Source: Candidatus Cloacimonadales bacterium | Lineage (GTDB): Bacteria; Cloacimonadota; Cloacimonadia; Cloacimonadales; JAIOQZ01 | Length of the DNA: 64,000 nucleotides | Assembly (NCBI GenBank): GCA_963665815.1 | Contig: OY762463.1 | Coordinates: 3,232,001 to 3,296,000 of the forward strand | Direction of reading: 5' to 3' | In this document: positions 10,872 through 20,405 of the stretch, piece by piece | Position numbering within the stretch: the first letter of the stretch is position 1 | How the letters are laid out: each line of letters opens with the position of its first letter | Translations under genes and position numbers: made by a program | Notes under the pieces: generated by a model | What the model was told of the DNA's origin: nothing | Database searches by the model: none | The model's input: the letters and a program-made list of their open reading frames with translations, nothing else

Positions 10872-12332
10872 TTACTTTGTGCTGTCCTTTTCATTATCTT
10901 TGTAAGTCCTTATTCTGAGGGTATTCAGGAGGCTATGCCTGTCATCTTTACTCAGTATAAAATATGAAAATCCGAGGAAAATTATACCGGCAGCAAGCTT
11001 CAGAAGGAATGCATTGAGGAAACTCAGAGAATGAGTAAAATAAGCTGGACTTGCAAACGCTAATGCCAGTATTATTATTCCCAGTACTTTAGCATTCTGG
11101 AAGTTCATGTGGTGCTGTTTTTGAGTCAGGAAATACATGATGCCTGCAGTAACTACGGTAGACATAGCTGTTGCTATGGATGCACCTATTACATTGAATT
11201 TTGGAATCAGAAGATAGTTGAGGGCAATATTTACACCTACTCCTACAAATACAATTGCAGTCAAAACGCTAATTTTTTTATAGTAGTAAAATGCCATAGA
11301 AAAGATGTTCTGTAGATGCTTAAACAGAAATGTAGCCATCAGAACCGGAACGAAAAGATATACTTCGGCATAGTCTTTTCCTTTTGCGGCTATCATCAGT
11401 ACTTCTCTGGCAAACAGACTGAGGAAGACAAATCCCGCTGCAAGCAGAATTGTAGTATTGACTTGCACTTTGGGAAGATAATCATTGGCTTTTTTTGATT
11501 CAAATCGCGCAATTGCTATTGGCAGTAATGCAGTCTGAATGGATACAACAAGAACAACATTAAGTACACTGGCAACTTTATGTCCAACATAATATATACC
11601 CACACTGGTCTCATCTGCGAGAAACTTAAGAATATATCTGTCTGCCTGAGTGAGCAGATTTGTTGAGATGGTTGTCAGTACGAGAGGTACGCTGTATTTG
11701 AGCATGGATTTCAGAAGATCGGTATCAATTTTAAAGCTTAGTTCTTTGAGGATAATCGGAAGTGTAAGAATCAGGAAAAGTCCGTTTCCGAAAATCTGCC
11801 CCAGTATCACGCCAGTCAGTCCTGCCTTAAAAACAACAAGCATCAATATTGTTGAAACCATGCTGACTGTAAGTTTTACAGCATTAACAACTACGTAATA
11901 GAGTGATCTTCCTTTGGATCTCAGCAGATTCAGGCAGAACAGGTAGAACATCTCAGATGTAATCAGCAGGATTATTAATCTTGTGTATCCAGTATAATCT
12001 GATCCTATGAAGAATCCGAAGATTGGTTTAAAAAGGAATGAAAAGATGTTTATGAATGCAGCAATAAGTAAAAGAAACAGAAACACAGTAGATGTGAATA
12101 TTCTTCCCTGTTTCGGGTCTGCAGAATACCAGCGTAGAAGTGCACTGCTGAGATTGAGTCCGAAGACTGCAGTCAATATTACGGAAATAGGAGTTATCAA
12201 ACCGAAAACCCCTACAATTGCTGTCGTCAGGTATCTTGTCTGGTAAGGTAGTAATATGAATCCGAGAACTTTGGAAAGAATATTACCAAAACTGTATACA
12301 GCTATGTCTTTTGTTGTTTTGTTTTTCAACAT
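10872..12332 (-). CDS. Polysaccharide flippase (Wzx/MOP family)
   Basis: Multi-pass hydrophobic protein; ILLPYQTRYL, ADRYIL, NIALNYLLIP..GASIAT. Confidence 0.85.
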   Translation of the reverse strand: MLKNKTTKDIAVYSFGNILSKVLGFILLPYQTRYLTTAIVGVFGLITPISVILTAVFGLNLSSALLRWYSADPKQGRIFTSTVFLFLLLIAAFINIFSFLFKPIFGFFIGSDYTGYTRLIILLITSEMFYLFCLNLLRSKGRSLYYVVVNAVKLTVSMVSTILMLVVFKAGLTGVILGQIFGNGLFLILTLPIILKELSFKIDTDLLKSMLKYSVPLVLTTISTNLLTQADRYILKFLADETSVGIYYVGHKVASVLNVVLVVSIQTALLPIAIARFESKKANDYLPKVQVNTTILLAAGFVFLSLFAREVLMIAAKGKDYAEVYLFVPVLMATFLFKHLQNIFSMAFYYYKKISVLTAIVFVGVGVNIALNYLLIPKFNVIGASIATAMSTVVTAGIMYFLTQKQHHMNFQNAKVLGIIILALAFASPAYFTHSLSFLNAFLLKLAAGIIFLGFSYFILSKDDRHSLLNTLRIRTYKDNEKDSTK

Positions 12333-12350
12333 CTAATTTAGGTGATACTC

Positions 12351-13058
12351 CTAATTTTTTGTCAGCAGATACGCAGCTCCAAGGGCAAGTACAATTACAC
12401 CAAGTACTTTAGGAATATCAAGACGTTTTTCCTGATAAGCTATTTGTCTGGTTTCATATACCGTATATGTAGAATCTGAATACCCTGATCTTACCTGATT
12501 AACGTTGTACACAGGGATTTTGTTTCTCTCAAAATAAACAATCGCATCTTTAATTGCAGTGGAGTTTCCGCTGTCTTTGCAATCAAACTCAAAAACAGTC
12601 ATATAGGTGTCAAGATCCATGATGGATATTCGTAATTCATTGGTGCTGCGATTAATTAAGCGGCCATAAACAACATACTGAATATTGAAATCAGTTTTGA
12701 TATCTGAAAGAAGCTTTGAATTTGTCGCCGAAATTCTGGATAGCTCATAATGAGACTTCAACTCCTTACAGGAGATCATTTTCATTCCCGGATCGTATTT
12801 TAAGCCCTCAAAAAGTTGAGCAGATAATACAGGAAGATCTTTACCATTATCGGAGAATCCAAGTATTCCTATGATCGGCTGCTCTTTGTCCCCGAAGACA
12901 TCTTTCTCTGGCGAGATATAATCTGCATGTGTTTCTCTTGAAAATTCAGGGATTCTTTTTCTTTTTTGTACAGGTACTTTTTCAGGTCTGTATTTTGTAA
13001 CTGTTGCACAACCAATAATTAAAAAAACGAATAATAGAAGAATTGCCGATTTTTTCAT
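12351..13058 (-). CDS. Hypothetical lipoprotein
   Basis: Lipobox-like LIIGC, GGAG SD, C-terminal TM segment. Confidence 0.6.
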   Translation of the reverse strand: MKKSAILLLFVFLIIGCATVTKYRPEKVPVQKRKRIPEFSRETHADYISPEKDVFGDKEQPIIGILGFSDNGKDLPVLSAQLFEGLKYDPGMKMISCKELKSHYELSRISATNSKLLSDIKTDFNIQYVVYGRLINRSTNELRISIMDLDTYMTVFEFDCKDSGNSTAIKDAIVYFERNKIPVYNVNQVRSGYSDSTYTVYETRQIAYQEKRLDIPKVLGVIVLALGAAYLLTKN

Positions 13059-13119
13059 ATCTCCTCCGGAAAATATATTTAATAAATTTTGTTCTTAACT
13101 ATAATGTATTCTTTATTGA

Positions 13120-15447
13120 CTAATTTGTAATCATTTTTCCTGCTGAAAAATCATTTTTATACTCAATTTTTAGATCGGAAAACAGGGAATCATGAATATT
13201 CTGAATTAGTAGAACAGCATACTTTGAATCATTTATTTTTATGTAATTTTCAGTGAAATTTGTCAAGATTTTCTCCATATTCACAATCACATAGTTTGAT
13301 GCAAAGTTATGAATATCACTTGCATAAATTCCGAATGTGTGTACTAATCTATCAATGCAGATTACGTAACCTGTTTCAGGAACACTACTTTCCATATCAG
13401 CAGTGCTATTGAGGCTGATTACCGGATAAGTGTTTTCTCCATCTGAGAAGAAGATCCCCTTTCCGATTTTTCTCATGTTTCCGGAAGCATCAATTATCCC
13501 AGATACAAATTCCTTGTCTAAGCCAAGTTTTAATCCAGAATCATCAAATGTCATAATAGTCTTTTTATCAGAGGTTTCTTTTTCGAAACCATTTGAATCA
13601 ATTAGATCAATTATCACTGCTGTACTGCATTGAGAAATGAATTTATCAATTTTCAATATAGGCAGTAATTTACTGTCTTTATACTCAATAAATCCACTTA
13701 CAACCGGTAAGGAATCAGTTAATAATTCCGGAACTTCCAGTGCAGTAAACTTTCCTGAATTTGTAATTGAATCGCAAATAATTCCAATCTCATTTCCATG
13801 AACTTGAATGTGCAGTATTTTCTTTCCTGCAATATCACTAAGGGGGATTTCTTCATGAGAGAATTCTTTCATATTAATTACTTCTTCAGTAAAATAAAGA
13901 GGAAGATTAGTATTATCACTATCGAGAGCGAGTCTCGAGTTATTGTCATACTTCAATAATTCTTCAAGATGTGCAGAACTGACTTTATTAATAAAAATAT
14001 CTTCTAAGCAAAACAGAGAACTCTGTGCTTCAAAGATTACATAAGACTGCAATACATCAGGGTTCTTGCATTTACTGCTCAGCAGAAGACAATTATGCCT
14101 GTACAGAAAACTTGTCACTGCGGCATCGCTGATGTCTTTAACAAAATGATGGAGTTGGGAAAGGCTTTGCTGTTGAAACTCCTGATTTTCCATATCTTCT
14201 TTGTCATAAAAGTCAAATGCCATCAATTTTATTTCATTATATTCAGGTGTGGGTACAACTTCAATTCTGACTTTCAATTCAGAGAACTGATAACTTCTGT
14301 AATCCTTTTGAAAGCTGATTATAAGCCTGATAAATCTCAGGATTCTAAATATAATCTCACGTTCTTCTGATTTATACAAATTTCTTCCGGATGAAATCGT
14401 CATAAGTCTAAGTCTGATTTCATATTCCTGCTCCAGATCAGGGAGAAATTTCTTCAGATTATTGAACAGTTCATCGAAGGGAAGCATTTCGGCTTTGTAT
14501 AAAAGATTTTCGAGCGTTTCAGTAATAGATAATAACGAATCGGATACATCGGTTGATGCCGAATCAATACTGAAATTGTTCAGCTTATGTTTTACGGTGT
14601 TCAATTCTTTGATCTGTTTATGCAGTATGTTAAGATCTTTTTTTGAAATCTCGGCAGGTTTATTATCCATCGCATTTTCGATGTTTAAAGCACTGCCGGT
14701 TACAAGATTTTTCTCTTCAGTATCAGCAAATTCTATATTATCATTTAACATGGAATAATACAGTGTGCTGGAGGACAATACATCAAAACTGTTAACAGAG
14801 TATGAATCACAAATCTCCTTAAGTGATTTTCCGGAAGAGATAAGATGGAAATAATTTTCCTTTTTTTCGGATTTTATGAATGTTTTGAGAATAATATCTT
14901 TGTCATTTTTACTTATATTGAAAACGTCATCCAGCAAAATGTCCTGATCAGGATAGTTTTTTTCCAGCAGATAGAACTTGTAATGATAGTTACGGATATG
15001 TTCAAGAATATTTTCTGCACAGCTGAATTCTTTTTCAGCTTTAGAATGAAAGCCTGCTGTGTCAAAAATAGTTGCAATATTTATCCGGTTATAATAATTG
15101 CTTGAATCGGCTATTCTGTAATTTTCAAGGACTGTATAGACTGTTTCTTTTGAAACATCATCGTTCTGAACTAAATCATGAATATTTTGAATAGTGCTGA
15201 ACATTTCTTTAAGAAGCTCAAAATCGAGATGCTCAGTTCGGTAGAGAATATGGAATTCGAATGAAAGTAATATAGACTTATCGAATTTCAGATTCTTGAT
15301 ATTCAGATAGTTACGAAATGAATTTACATAAGCATAATATGGCTTTGCAGCTTTCTGCAAAATCAAAACGGAATCTTTGTTAAATTTAGAAAACTCCTTA
15401 CTGATAAGCTCAAATAAGGAGTTTTCAAACTGTTTGTATTTATCCAT
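13120..15447 (-). CDS. Degenerate CheA-like protein with CheW-like domains
   Basis: KAEMLPFDELFNNLKKFLPDL resembles the CheA P3-P4 junction; GIICDSI, VVSGFIEYKDSKLLPILKID and a second CheW-like block. Confidence 0.5.
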   Translation of the reverse strand: MDKYKQFENSLFELISKEFSKFNKDSVLILQKAAKPYYAYVNSFRNYLNIKNLKFDKSILLSFEFHILYRTEHLDFELLKEMFSTIQNIHDLVQNDDVSKETVYTVLENYRIADSSNYYNRINIATIFDTAGFHSKAEKEFSCAENILEHIRNYHYKFYLLEKNYPDQDILLDDVFNISKNDKDIILKTFIKSEKKENYFHLISSGKSLKEICDSYSVNSFDVLSSSTLYYSMLNDNIEFADTEEKNLVTGSALNIENAMDNKPAEISKKDLNILHKQIKELNTVKHKLNNFSIDSASTDVSDSLLSITETLENLLYKAEMLPFDELFNNLKKFLPDLEQEYEIRLRLMTISSGRNLYKSEEREIIFRILRFIRLIISFQKDYRSYQFSELKVRIEVVPTPEYNEIKLMAFDFYDKEDMENQEFQQQSLSQLHHFVKDISDAAVTSFLYRHNCLLLSSKCKNPDVLQSYVIFEAQSSLFCLEDIFINKVSSAHLEELLKYDNNSRLALDSDNTNLPLYFTEEVINMKEFSHEEIPLSDIAGKKILHIQVHGNEIGIICDSITNSGKFTALEVPELLTDSLPVVSGFIEYKDSKLLPILKIDKFISQCSTAVIIDLIDSNGFEKETSDKKTIMTFDDSGLKLGLDKEFVSGIIDASGNMRKIGKGIFFSDGENTYPVISLNSTADMESSVPETGYVICIDRLVHTFGIYASDIHNFASNYVIVNMEKILTNFTENYIKINDSKYAVLLIQNIHDSLFSDLKIEYKNDFSAGKMITN

Positions 15448-15468
15448 AAAGGATTATCCTCAGTTTTT

Positions 15469-16956
15469 CTATTTCATTAATACGATTTTCTTTATTTTTA
15501 TATCTTTATTGTTTGTTTTTATGAAGTATACTCCGGTAGAAACTTGCTTTCCTGCAACATCTTTCATATTCCAGCTTATTGTATTTCCTGAATTGTGAAG
15601 TATTGAGGAATGCACTTTCTGCCCCTTTATATTAAAGATGGATACTTCTGTATCTTCTTTTACAGCTTTGCTGAATCTGATATTCAGTGAATTACCAATT
15701 GTTGACGGATTGTTAACAATAATACTGTTTTCAGGTCTTGTAACATCATTTTCTTTCACAGAAACATTCTGCAGATCGAAACTCACATCATTCTGATCAT
15801 CATCATTTACTAAAATATGTGCTCCGCTGATATCCATGACATTACTTGCAGTGAATGTAATCTCACCGGTAAAATCAAATGTAGCAGGAACAAAGTCAAC
15901 CAGAGCTCCACTACCAAGCTGAAGCACTGCTTTTTGAGGGGAATGACCATCTGCGTCGTAGTAATTAAAGCTTACATTCCAGGCCCCCATACTGTTATCT
16001 GTAACAACATTTCTTATTTCCGGCAGTGTATTGTTCTGCGGATGAGTAAACTCAAAGTGATCATGGATCATAAGATTGAGATTAGTCATATCTGCAATAT
16101 TCGCATTGAATGAAGGCATAGTTGTAATCTGAAATGTAATTGTAGAGAAAGCCAGTGATTTTGTAGTGTTAGGCCAGGTTCCGAAGTTAGGGTCATTTGC
16201 CAGATCAGACATTGCACATGATAGCACTAGCAAATCATTTGCTGAGTCTTCATAGGACATAATATCACCTATTCTCTGAATATTATTCAAATCAAATGTA
16301 GTATCGATTGTTGCAGCTATCTTATATAATCCCGGTGAGATTAAGGCACCGAGATTTACTGTTTCAATCATCAGATATACGGTAGAGTCCATAACAACAG
16401 ATTCAGGATTAGCCAGTAAGGCAACATAAGCATAAGCTTCTCCCGAGAAGATATCTAATGTAGGATATCCGCCACCATTGTTCTTCATACCGACATAAAC
16501 TCTGTTATCGTCATATCCTGCGTAATCAGAGACAAGCTCAAGATGGTCGCTTCCTGAAACAGAACAATCACCGAGTGAATCCTGAGAGAAAAAAGTTAGG
16601 TCGTTAATTCCCGGATTAGCAGTATTAACCTCTTTTACCATAGCAAGCTGGATAAGGTTCATTATATTCTGTCTCAGATAGAACTGCTGTTCCTGCCCGG
16701 GGGTGACCTGATATGATATTCCGAATGTAAGGGTATCGGTGTTAGTTGCGATTTGTGATGTCCAACCGGATTGATCATTATACTGAACTTCCAGAGAGTC
16801 CCCTGAAACATTCAGAGTAGTGAAATCGAGTTGTGCATTTCCATCAGTTTCCATAGCACCAGTTCTGAGATTACCCCACATTGGGATAACTTCGAATTGT
16901 GCTGAGAGAAACTGTATACTAATAAAACAAACAAACAATAATAATAATTTTTTCAT
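15469..16956 (-). CDS. Secreted protein with C-terminal FlgD-Ig/T9SS-like sorting domain
   Basis: GGAGGA SD then ATG at 16956 (MKKLLLL, signal peptide); C-terminal IFNIKGQKV...STGVYF. Confidence 0.75.
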   Translation of the reverse strand: MKKLLLLFVCFISIQFLSAQFEVIPMWGNLRTGAMETDGNAQLDFTTLNVSGDSLEVQYNDQSGWTSQIATNTDTLTFGISYQVTPGQEQQFYLRQNIMNLIQLAMVKEVNTANPGINDLTFFSQDSLGDCSVSGSDHLELVSDYAGYDDNRVYVGMKNNGGGYPTLDIFSGEAYAYVALLANPESVVMDSTVYLMIETVNLGALISPGLYKIAATIDTTFDLNNIQRIGDIMSYEDSANDLLVLSCAMSDLANDPNFGTWPNTTKSLAFSTITFQITTMPSFNANIADMTNLNLMIHDHFEFTHPQNNTLPEIRNVVTDNSMGAWNVSFNYYDADGHSPQKAVLQLGSGALVDFVPATFDFTGEITFTASNVMDISGAHILVNDDDQNDVSFDLQNVSVKENDVTRPENSIIVNNPSTIGNSLNIRFSKAVKEDTEVSIFNIKGQKVHSSILHNSGNTISWNMKDVAGKQVSTGVYFIKTNNKDIKIKKIVLMK

Positions 16957-17022
16957 CTTATCCTCCAATATATAAACTGAAACAACATAATCAAATGTCA
17001 AGACTTAAATAGTAAAATTCAT

Positions 17023-17077
17023 GCATCCCCCCGTTTTTCTTGAAAATCTGACTTCAAGAAAAACGGGGGGATTCCAA
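17023..17077. mobile_element. Minimal (55 bp) non-autonomous element with ATCCCCCCG ends and long target-site duplication
   Basis: GCATCCCCCCGTTTTTCTTGAA-aatctgac-TTCAAGAAAAACGGGGGGATTCCAA, flanked by TTAAATAGTAAAATT at 17005-17019 and 17078-17092; same ends recur at 46276-46657. Confidence 0.8.
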
Positions 17078-17357
17078 TTAAATAGTAAAATTTCATTAAC
17101 AGTCAGTTTTGAAAGAATTAATCAAACATCTTGGGGAAATTAATGTGGATAGTAAGGGATAATAAAAAACATTTGACAAGAAATCTCCAATGCTATTGAT
17201 ATAGTAATGCGTTTGAAGTTTTATTTCGGTGTAGAATACTATATTTGAAAATTCTCTGAGAATTAAAAGGTGTATACATAAAAGTAATGAGCTTTTGCAT
17301 ATATGTATTAATATGATTAACTTAAGAAACTGGTTAACTTAAAATTATTTTTTACCA

Positions 17358-17387
17358 ATAATAAATAAAATGATAATGTTGAAATGA
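17358..17387 (+). pseudogene. Orphan 3'-end remnant (INKMIMLK*) of the secreted CTD gene family
   Basis: ATAATAAATAAAATGATAATGTTGAAATGA is near-identical to the gene ends at 19895-19924 and 59440-59469. Confidence 0.6.
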
Positions 17388-17467
17388 AAAAGTGCTCCCT
17401 ATACAGGGAGCTGTGTCTCCTGATTTAGTCAGGACAGCCTGAGGGTTAACAATCATAAATAAATATA

Positions 17468-17513
17468 TCTCACACCTTTGGAATGGACTAACGACTTTCC
17501 GAATGGTGTGAGA
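17468..17513. repeat. REP-like bulged hairpin (CACCTT.GGAATGG family)
   Basis: TCTCACACCTTTGGAATGG...CTTTCCGAATGGTGTGAGA; homologous copy at 37292-37328. Confidence 0.65.
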
Positions 17514-17557
17514 CACGCATCCTTTCGCAATGCGGAATTTCAAAAGAAGGAAACCTT

Positions 17558-19924
17558 ATGAAAAAGCAGATTACGATACTGATGCTCGCACTGATACCAA
17601 TAATACTGTTATGCACAACACATACAGTAAGTCTTGATGGAAGCGGGGATTTTACTGTTATTCAGCAGGCAATAGACAGCTCAGTAAATGGGGATACGGT
17701 ACTTGTTTATCCCGGGTACTATGTGGAAAATTTGAATTTTAATGACAGGAGTATAAAGCTCTATTCTCTCGAAGCATTGACCGGAGAAGACCATTACATA
17801 GCAGAGACAACAATAGACGGCGGTGGGGTAGACAAAGTAATTGAAATATGGAATCAGACTCTGATTGATGCAGAAATAAGAGGTTTTTCTATAACAAATG
17901 GTTATGGTGAAGGTATACAAGGTGGTGGTGGAATAAGAATATCAAGTAATGGTAGTATCAAGATTATTAATTGTGATATCTTTGATAATAGAATGGAATT
18001 CACAGGAGGGGGGATTTACATTGCAAGGGATGCAATTGTCGAATTTTCAGGTGTGAAAATACATGATAATTACTCAGGTACAGGAGGAGGATTAAGCTAC
18101 TATCCCAGCACAAATTCTCAGTTAATATTTTCATCAACTAACAGATGCAGTGTATATAACAATTACTCAACTTCCGGCATGGATATTTGCTTTAATATGA
18201 TACCGCATGGTTACAACGACACAACAATGATCTACCTTGATAAGTTTAGTGAGCTTGAACCAAGTTTTTATTATGCAAGTTATGATTACAGTGTAAGTAC
18301 AGATACAAGCAATCCAATGATTTTTGATATTCTTAGAGGACATAGTACACCGATTAACGCAGATTTGTATGTATCAATGTATGGAGATGATAATAACAGC
18401 GGATTGACACCTGATGATCCGAAATATTCAATTGTAGAAGCTTGCAGACTTGTTGCTTCGGACAGTCTTAATCCTAAGACAATATATCTCGAAGCTGGAG
18501 ATTACTCACCGCAACTTACAGATCGTTTTTATAGACCTGCAATGAAACAGTATTGCAGGATGAGAGGAGAGTCTTCCGAAACAACAATACTTTTTGGTGG
18601 ATTGAGAGATAAGAGCTTACTTTCAATAGCCAAGGGGGGGATCGACATAGAGATTTCAGGACTGACAATAGAAAACATAGCAGGTCGAGGTGTACATTTC
18701 GCAACAGATGAAGGGAAAAACTTCAAGATGGATGATGTTATCATTGAAAATTGCATTTCTGAGAAGTATACAGGCTTGTATATTTCGGACACAAAGAATG
18801 TAGAGATTACTAACTCTAAGTTCATTTCAAATAGTGCCGAGAAATCAGCTGCAGGGTTGTTCATAGCTGGTCATGTAGATGGATCAGGTTATATTTTGAT
18901 AGATAATTGTGAATTCGTAAATAATGTTTCAGGATATAATGATGATCATGGATTAAACAATTCATTATGGGCTGATGGTGACAGTATAATTGTTAGAAAC
19001 AGTATATTTAAGGGTAATATTGATTCCGGTCATGAGAACAGTAATGCTTTTACATTGCTTGGAAACAGCTTAAGTATCTTTGAAAATAATCTTGTAATTG
19101 ATAACCATTCGCTTGCTGGAAGTGCTGCGGGTTATGTTGAAGCTTATGCAGGTAAGGCAATAATAAGAAATAACACCTTTGCAAATAATACAATAAGCTG
19201 GCAGCAGTATCAAACTAATTTTGCAGTTTATGGTAGTGAGATCAAGGTTTACAATAATATATACAACAATCCCGGCTCAGAGTTTAACCCGGATGAATTG
19301 CTTGTTATATTCGGAGATTCCACAGATGTCCTTTCTATGCACAACAATGCATTCAGGGGTGGTGATCAAAATATCAGTGCTTATCCTCCTCATCTGGAAC
19401 ACTTGTTTAACTATGGAGAAAATAATATAGATGTTGAACCCGGTTTTGCAGGTGGAGACAGTACAGGTGTGGACTACTACAAACTTGTAGAGACAAGTCC
19501 TTGTGTAGATGCAGGAGTCGCAGCAGGCAGTAATTTTCCTTTACTGGATCTGGCAGGAAACCAGAGAATATACGGCAGTACAGTAGATATGGGCTGTTTT
19601 GAGTGGCAGCCAGTAGGTAATTTCAATCATGACCTGGGTTATAGAGAAACGAATGTAACCGCCTGCAATCAGCCAAACCCATTCAACCCTGAAACAATAA
19701 TTGAGTACAGCCTTCCGGTAGAATGTAATGTCTGTATTGAAGTGTATAACATAAAAGGGCAGAAAGTAAAGCAGCTTGTAAATGAACACAAAGAAAGCGG
19801 ACATCATACAATAAAATGGAACGGAACAGACGAAAATAATAAATACGTTGCATCCGGAGTATATTTCTATAAAGTCAAAACAGAAAAATCATCGTTAACA
19901 AATAAAATGATAATGTTGAAATAG
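17558..19924 (+). CDS. Secreted beta-helix (pectin-lyase-like repeat) protein with FlgD-Ig/T9SS-like C-terminal domain
   Basis: Signal peptide; DFTVIQQAID..GDTVLVYPG, GGGI repeats, SPCVDAG..DLAGNQRI..DMGCFE, PNPFNP...SGVYFY. Confidence 0.8.
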   Translation: MKKQITILMLALIPIILLCTTHTVSLDGSGDFTVIQQAIDSSVNGDTVLVYPGYYVENLNFNDRSIKLYSLEALTGEDHYIAETTIDGGGVDKVIEIWNQTLIDAEIRGFSITNGYGEGIQGGGGIRISSNGSIKIINCDIFDNRMEFTGGGIYIARDAIVEFSGVKIHDNYSGTGGGLSYYPSTNSQLIFSSTNRCSVYNNYSTSGMDICFNMIPHGYNDTTMIYLDKFSELEPSFYYASYDYSVSTDTSNPMIFDILRGHSTPINADLYVSMYGDDNNSGLTPDDPKYSIVEACRLVASDSLNPKTIYLEAGDYSPQLTDRFYRPAMKQYCRMRGESSETTILFGGLRDKSLLSIAKGGIDIEISGLTIENIAGRGVHFATDEGKNFKMDDVIIENCISEKYTGLYISDTKNVEITNSKFISNSAEKSAAGLFIAGHVDGSGYILIDNCEFVNNVSGYNDDHGLNNSLWADGDSIIVRNSIFKGNIDSGHENSNAFTLLGNSLSIFENNLVIDNHSLAGSAAGYVEAYAGKAIIRNNTFANNTISWQQYQTNFAVYGSEIKVYNNIYNNPGSEFNPDELLVIFGDSTDVLSMHNNAFRGGDQNISAYPPHLEHLFNYGENNIDVEPGFAGGDSTGVDYYKLVETSPCVDAGVAAGSNFPLLDLAGNQRIYGSTVDMGCFEWQPVGNFNHDLGYRETNVTACNQPNPFNPETIIEYSLPVECNVCIEVYNIKGQKVKQLVNEHKESGHHTIKWNGTDENNKYVASGVYFYKVKTEKSSLTNKMIMLK

Positions 19925-20051
19925 AAACCTTCGCAATGGTTGTAAAATATTGTGTCCTATCGAATTTGTTCGATTTGGGGTGTGTAAATTTGGAAGATAA
20001 TATGCCTGAATCGAAAATCTTAGATTGTGTGTAAGCCAACTAAAAAAAATA

Positions 20052-20405
20052 CTAAACCCTGCTGAGCAATCCTTCTTTCAGATCAAGGAGAGATTCCTTA
20101 ATTTTATTCACCTTATTCTTTTGTTCGGTAGGGAAGTCTATTTCCATTTGAGGTTCATTCTTTTTATCCTTTTTCTGAGCAAGCTTTTTACGGGCACCCT
20201 CAATTGTAAATTTCTGTTCATACAGCATATATTTGATATCCTTAAGAACATCAATATCATCAGCACTGTATTTTCTGTTGCCTCCGCTGTTTTTGCGAGG
20301 TTTCAGTGTTGGGAACTCAGTTTCCCAGTAGCGAAGAACGTAAGGTTTGATTCCTATCAGATTGCTTACTTCTCCAATTGAATAATAGAATTTTTTCATA
20401 CTCAT
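20052..20405 (-). CDS. MerR family transcriptional regulator
   Basis: YYSIGEVS..VLRYWETEFPTLKP..GNRKY..FTIEGA. Confidence 0.9.
   Translation of the reverse strand: MSMKKFYYSIGEVSNLIGIKPYVLRYWETEFPTLKPRKNSGGNRKYSADDIDVLKDIKYMLYEQKFTIEGARKKLAQKKDKKNEPQMEIDFPTEQKNKVNKIKESLLDLKEGLLSRV

Noticed and set aside
16957-17001. TTG start at 17001 for the secreted protein
   Set aside because: That TTG is the -35 TTGACA; the SD and signal peptide point to ATG 16956.
17391-17545. Known riboswitch upstream of the 17558 gene
   Set aside because: Hairpins are present but I recognise no aptamer consensus; part of the region is a dispersed repeat.
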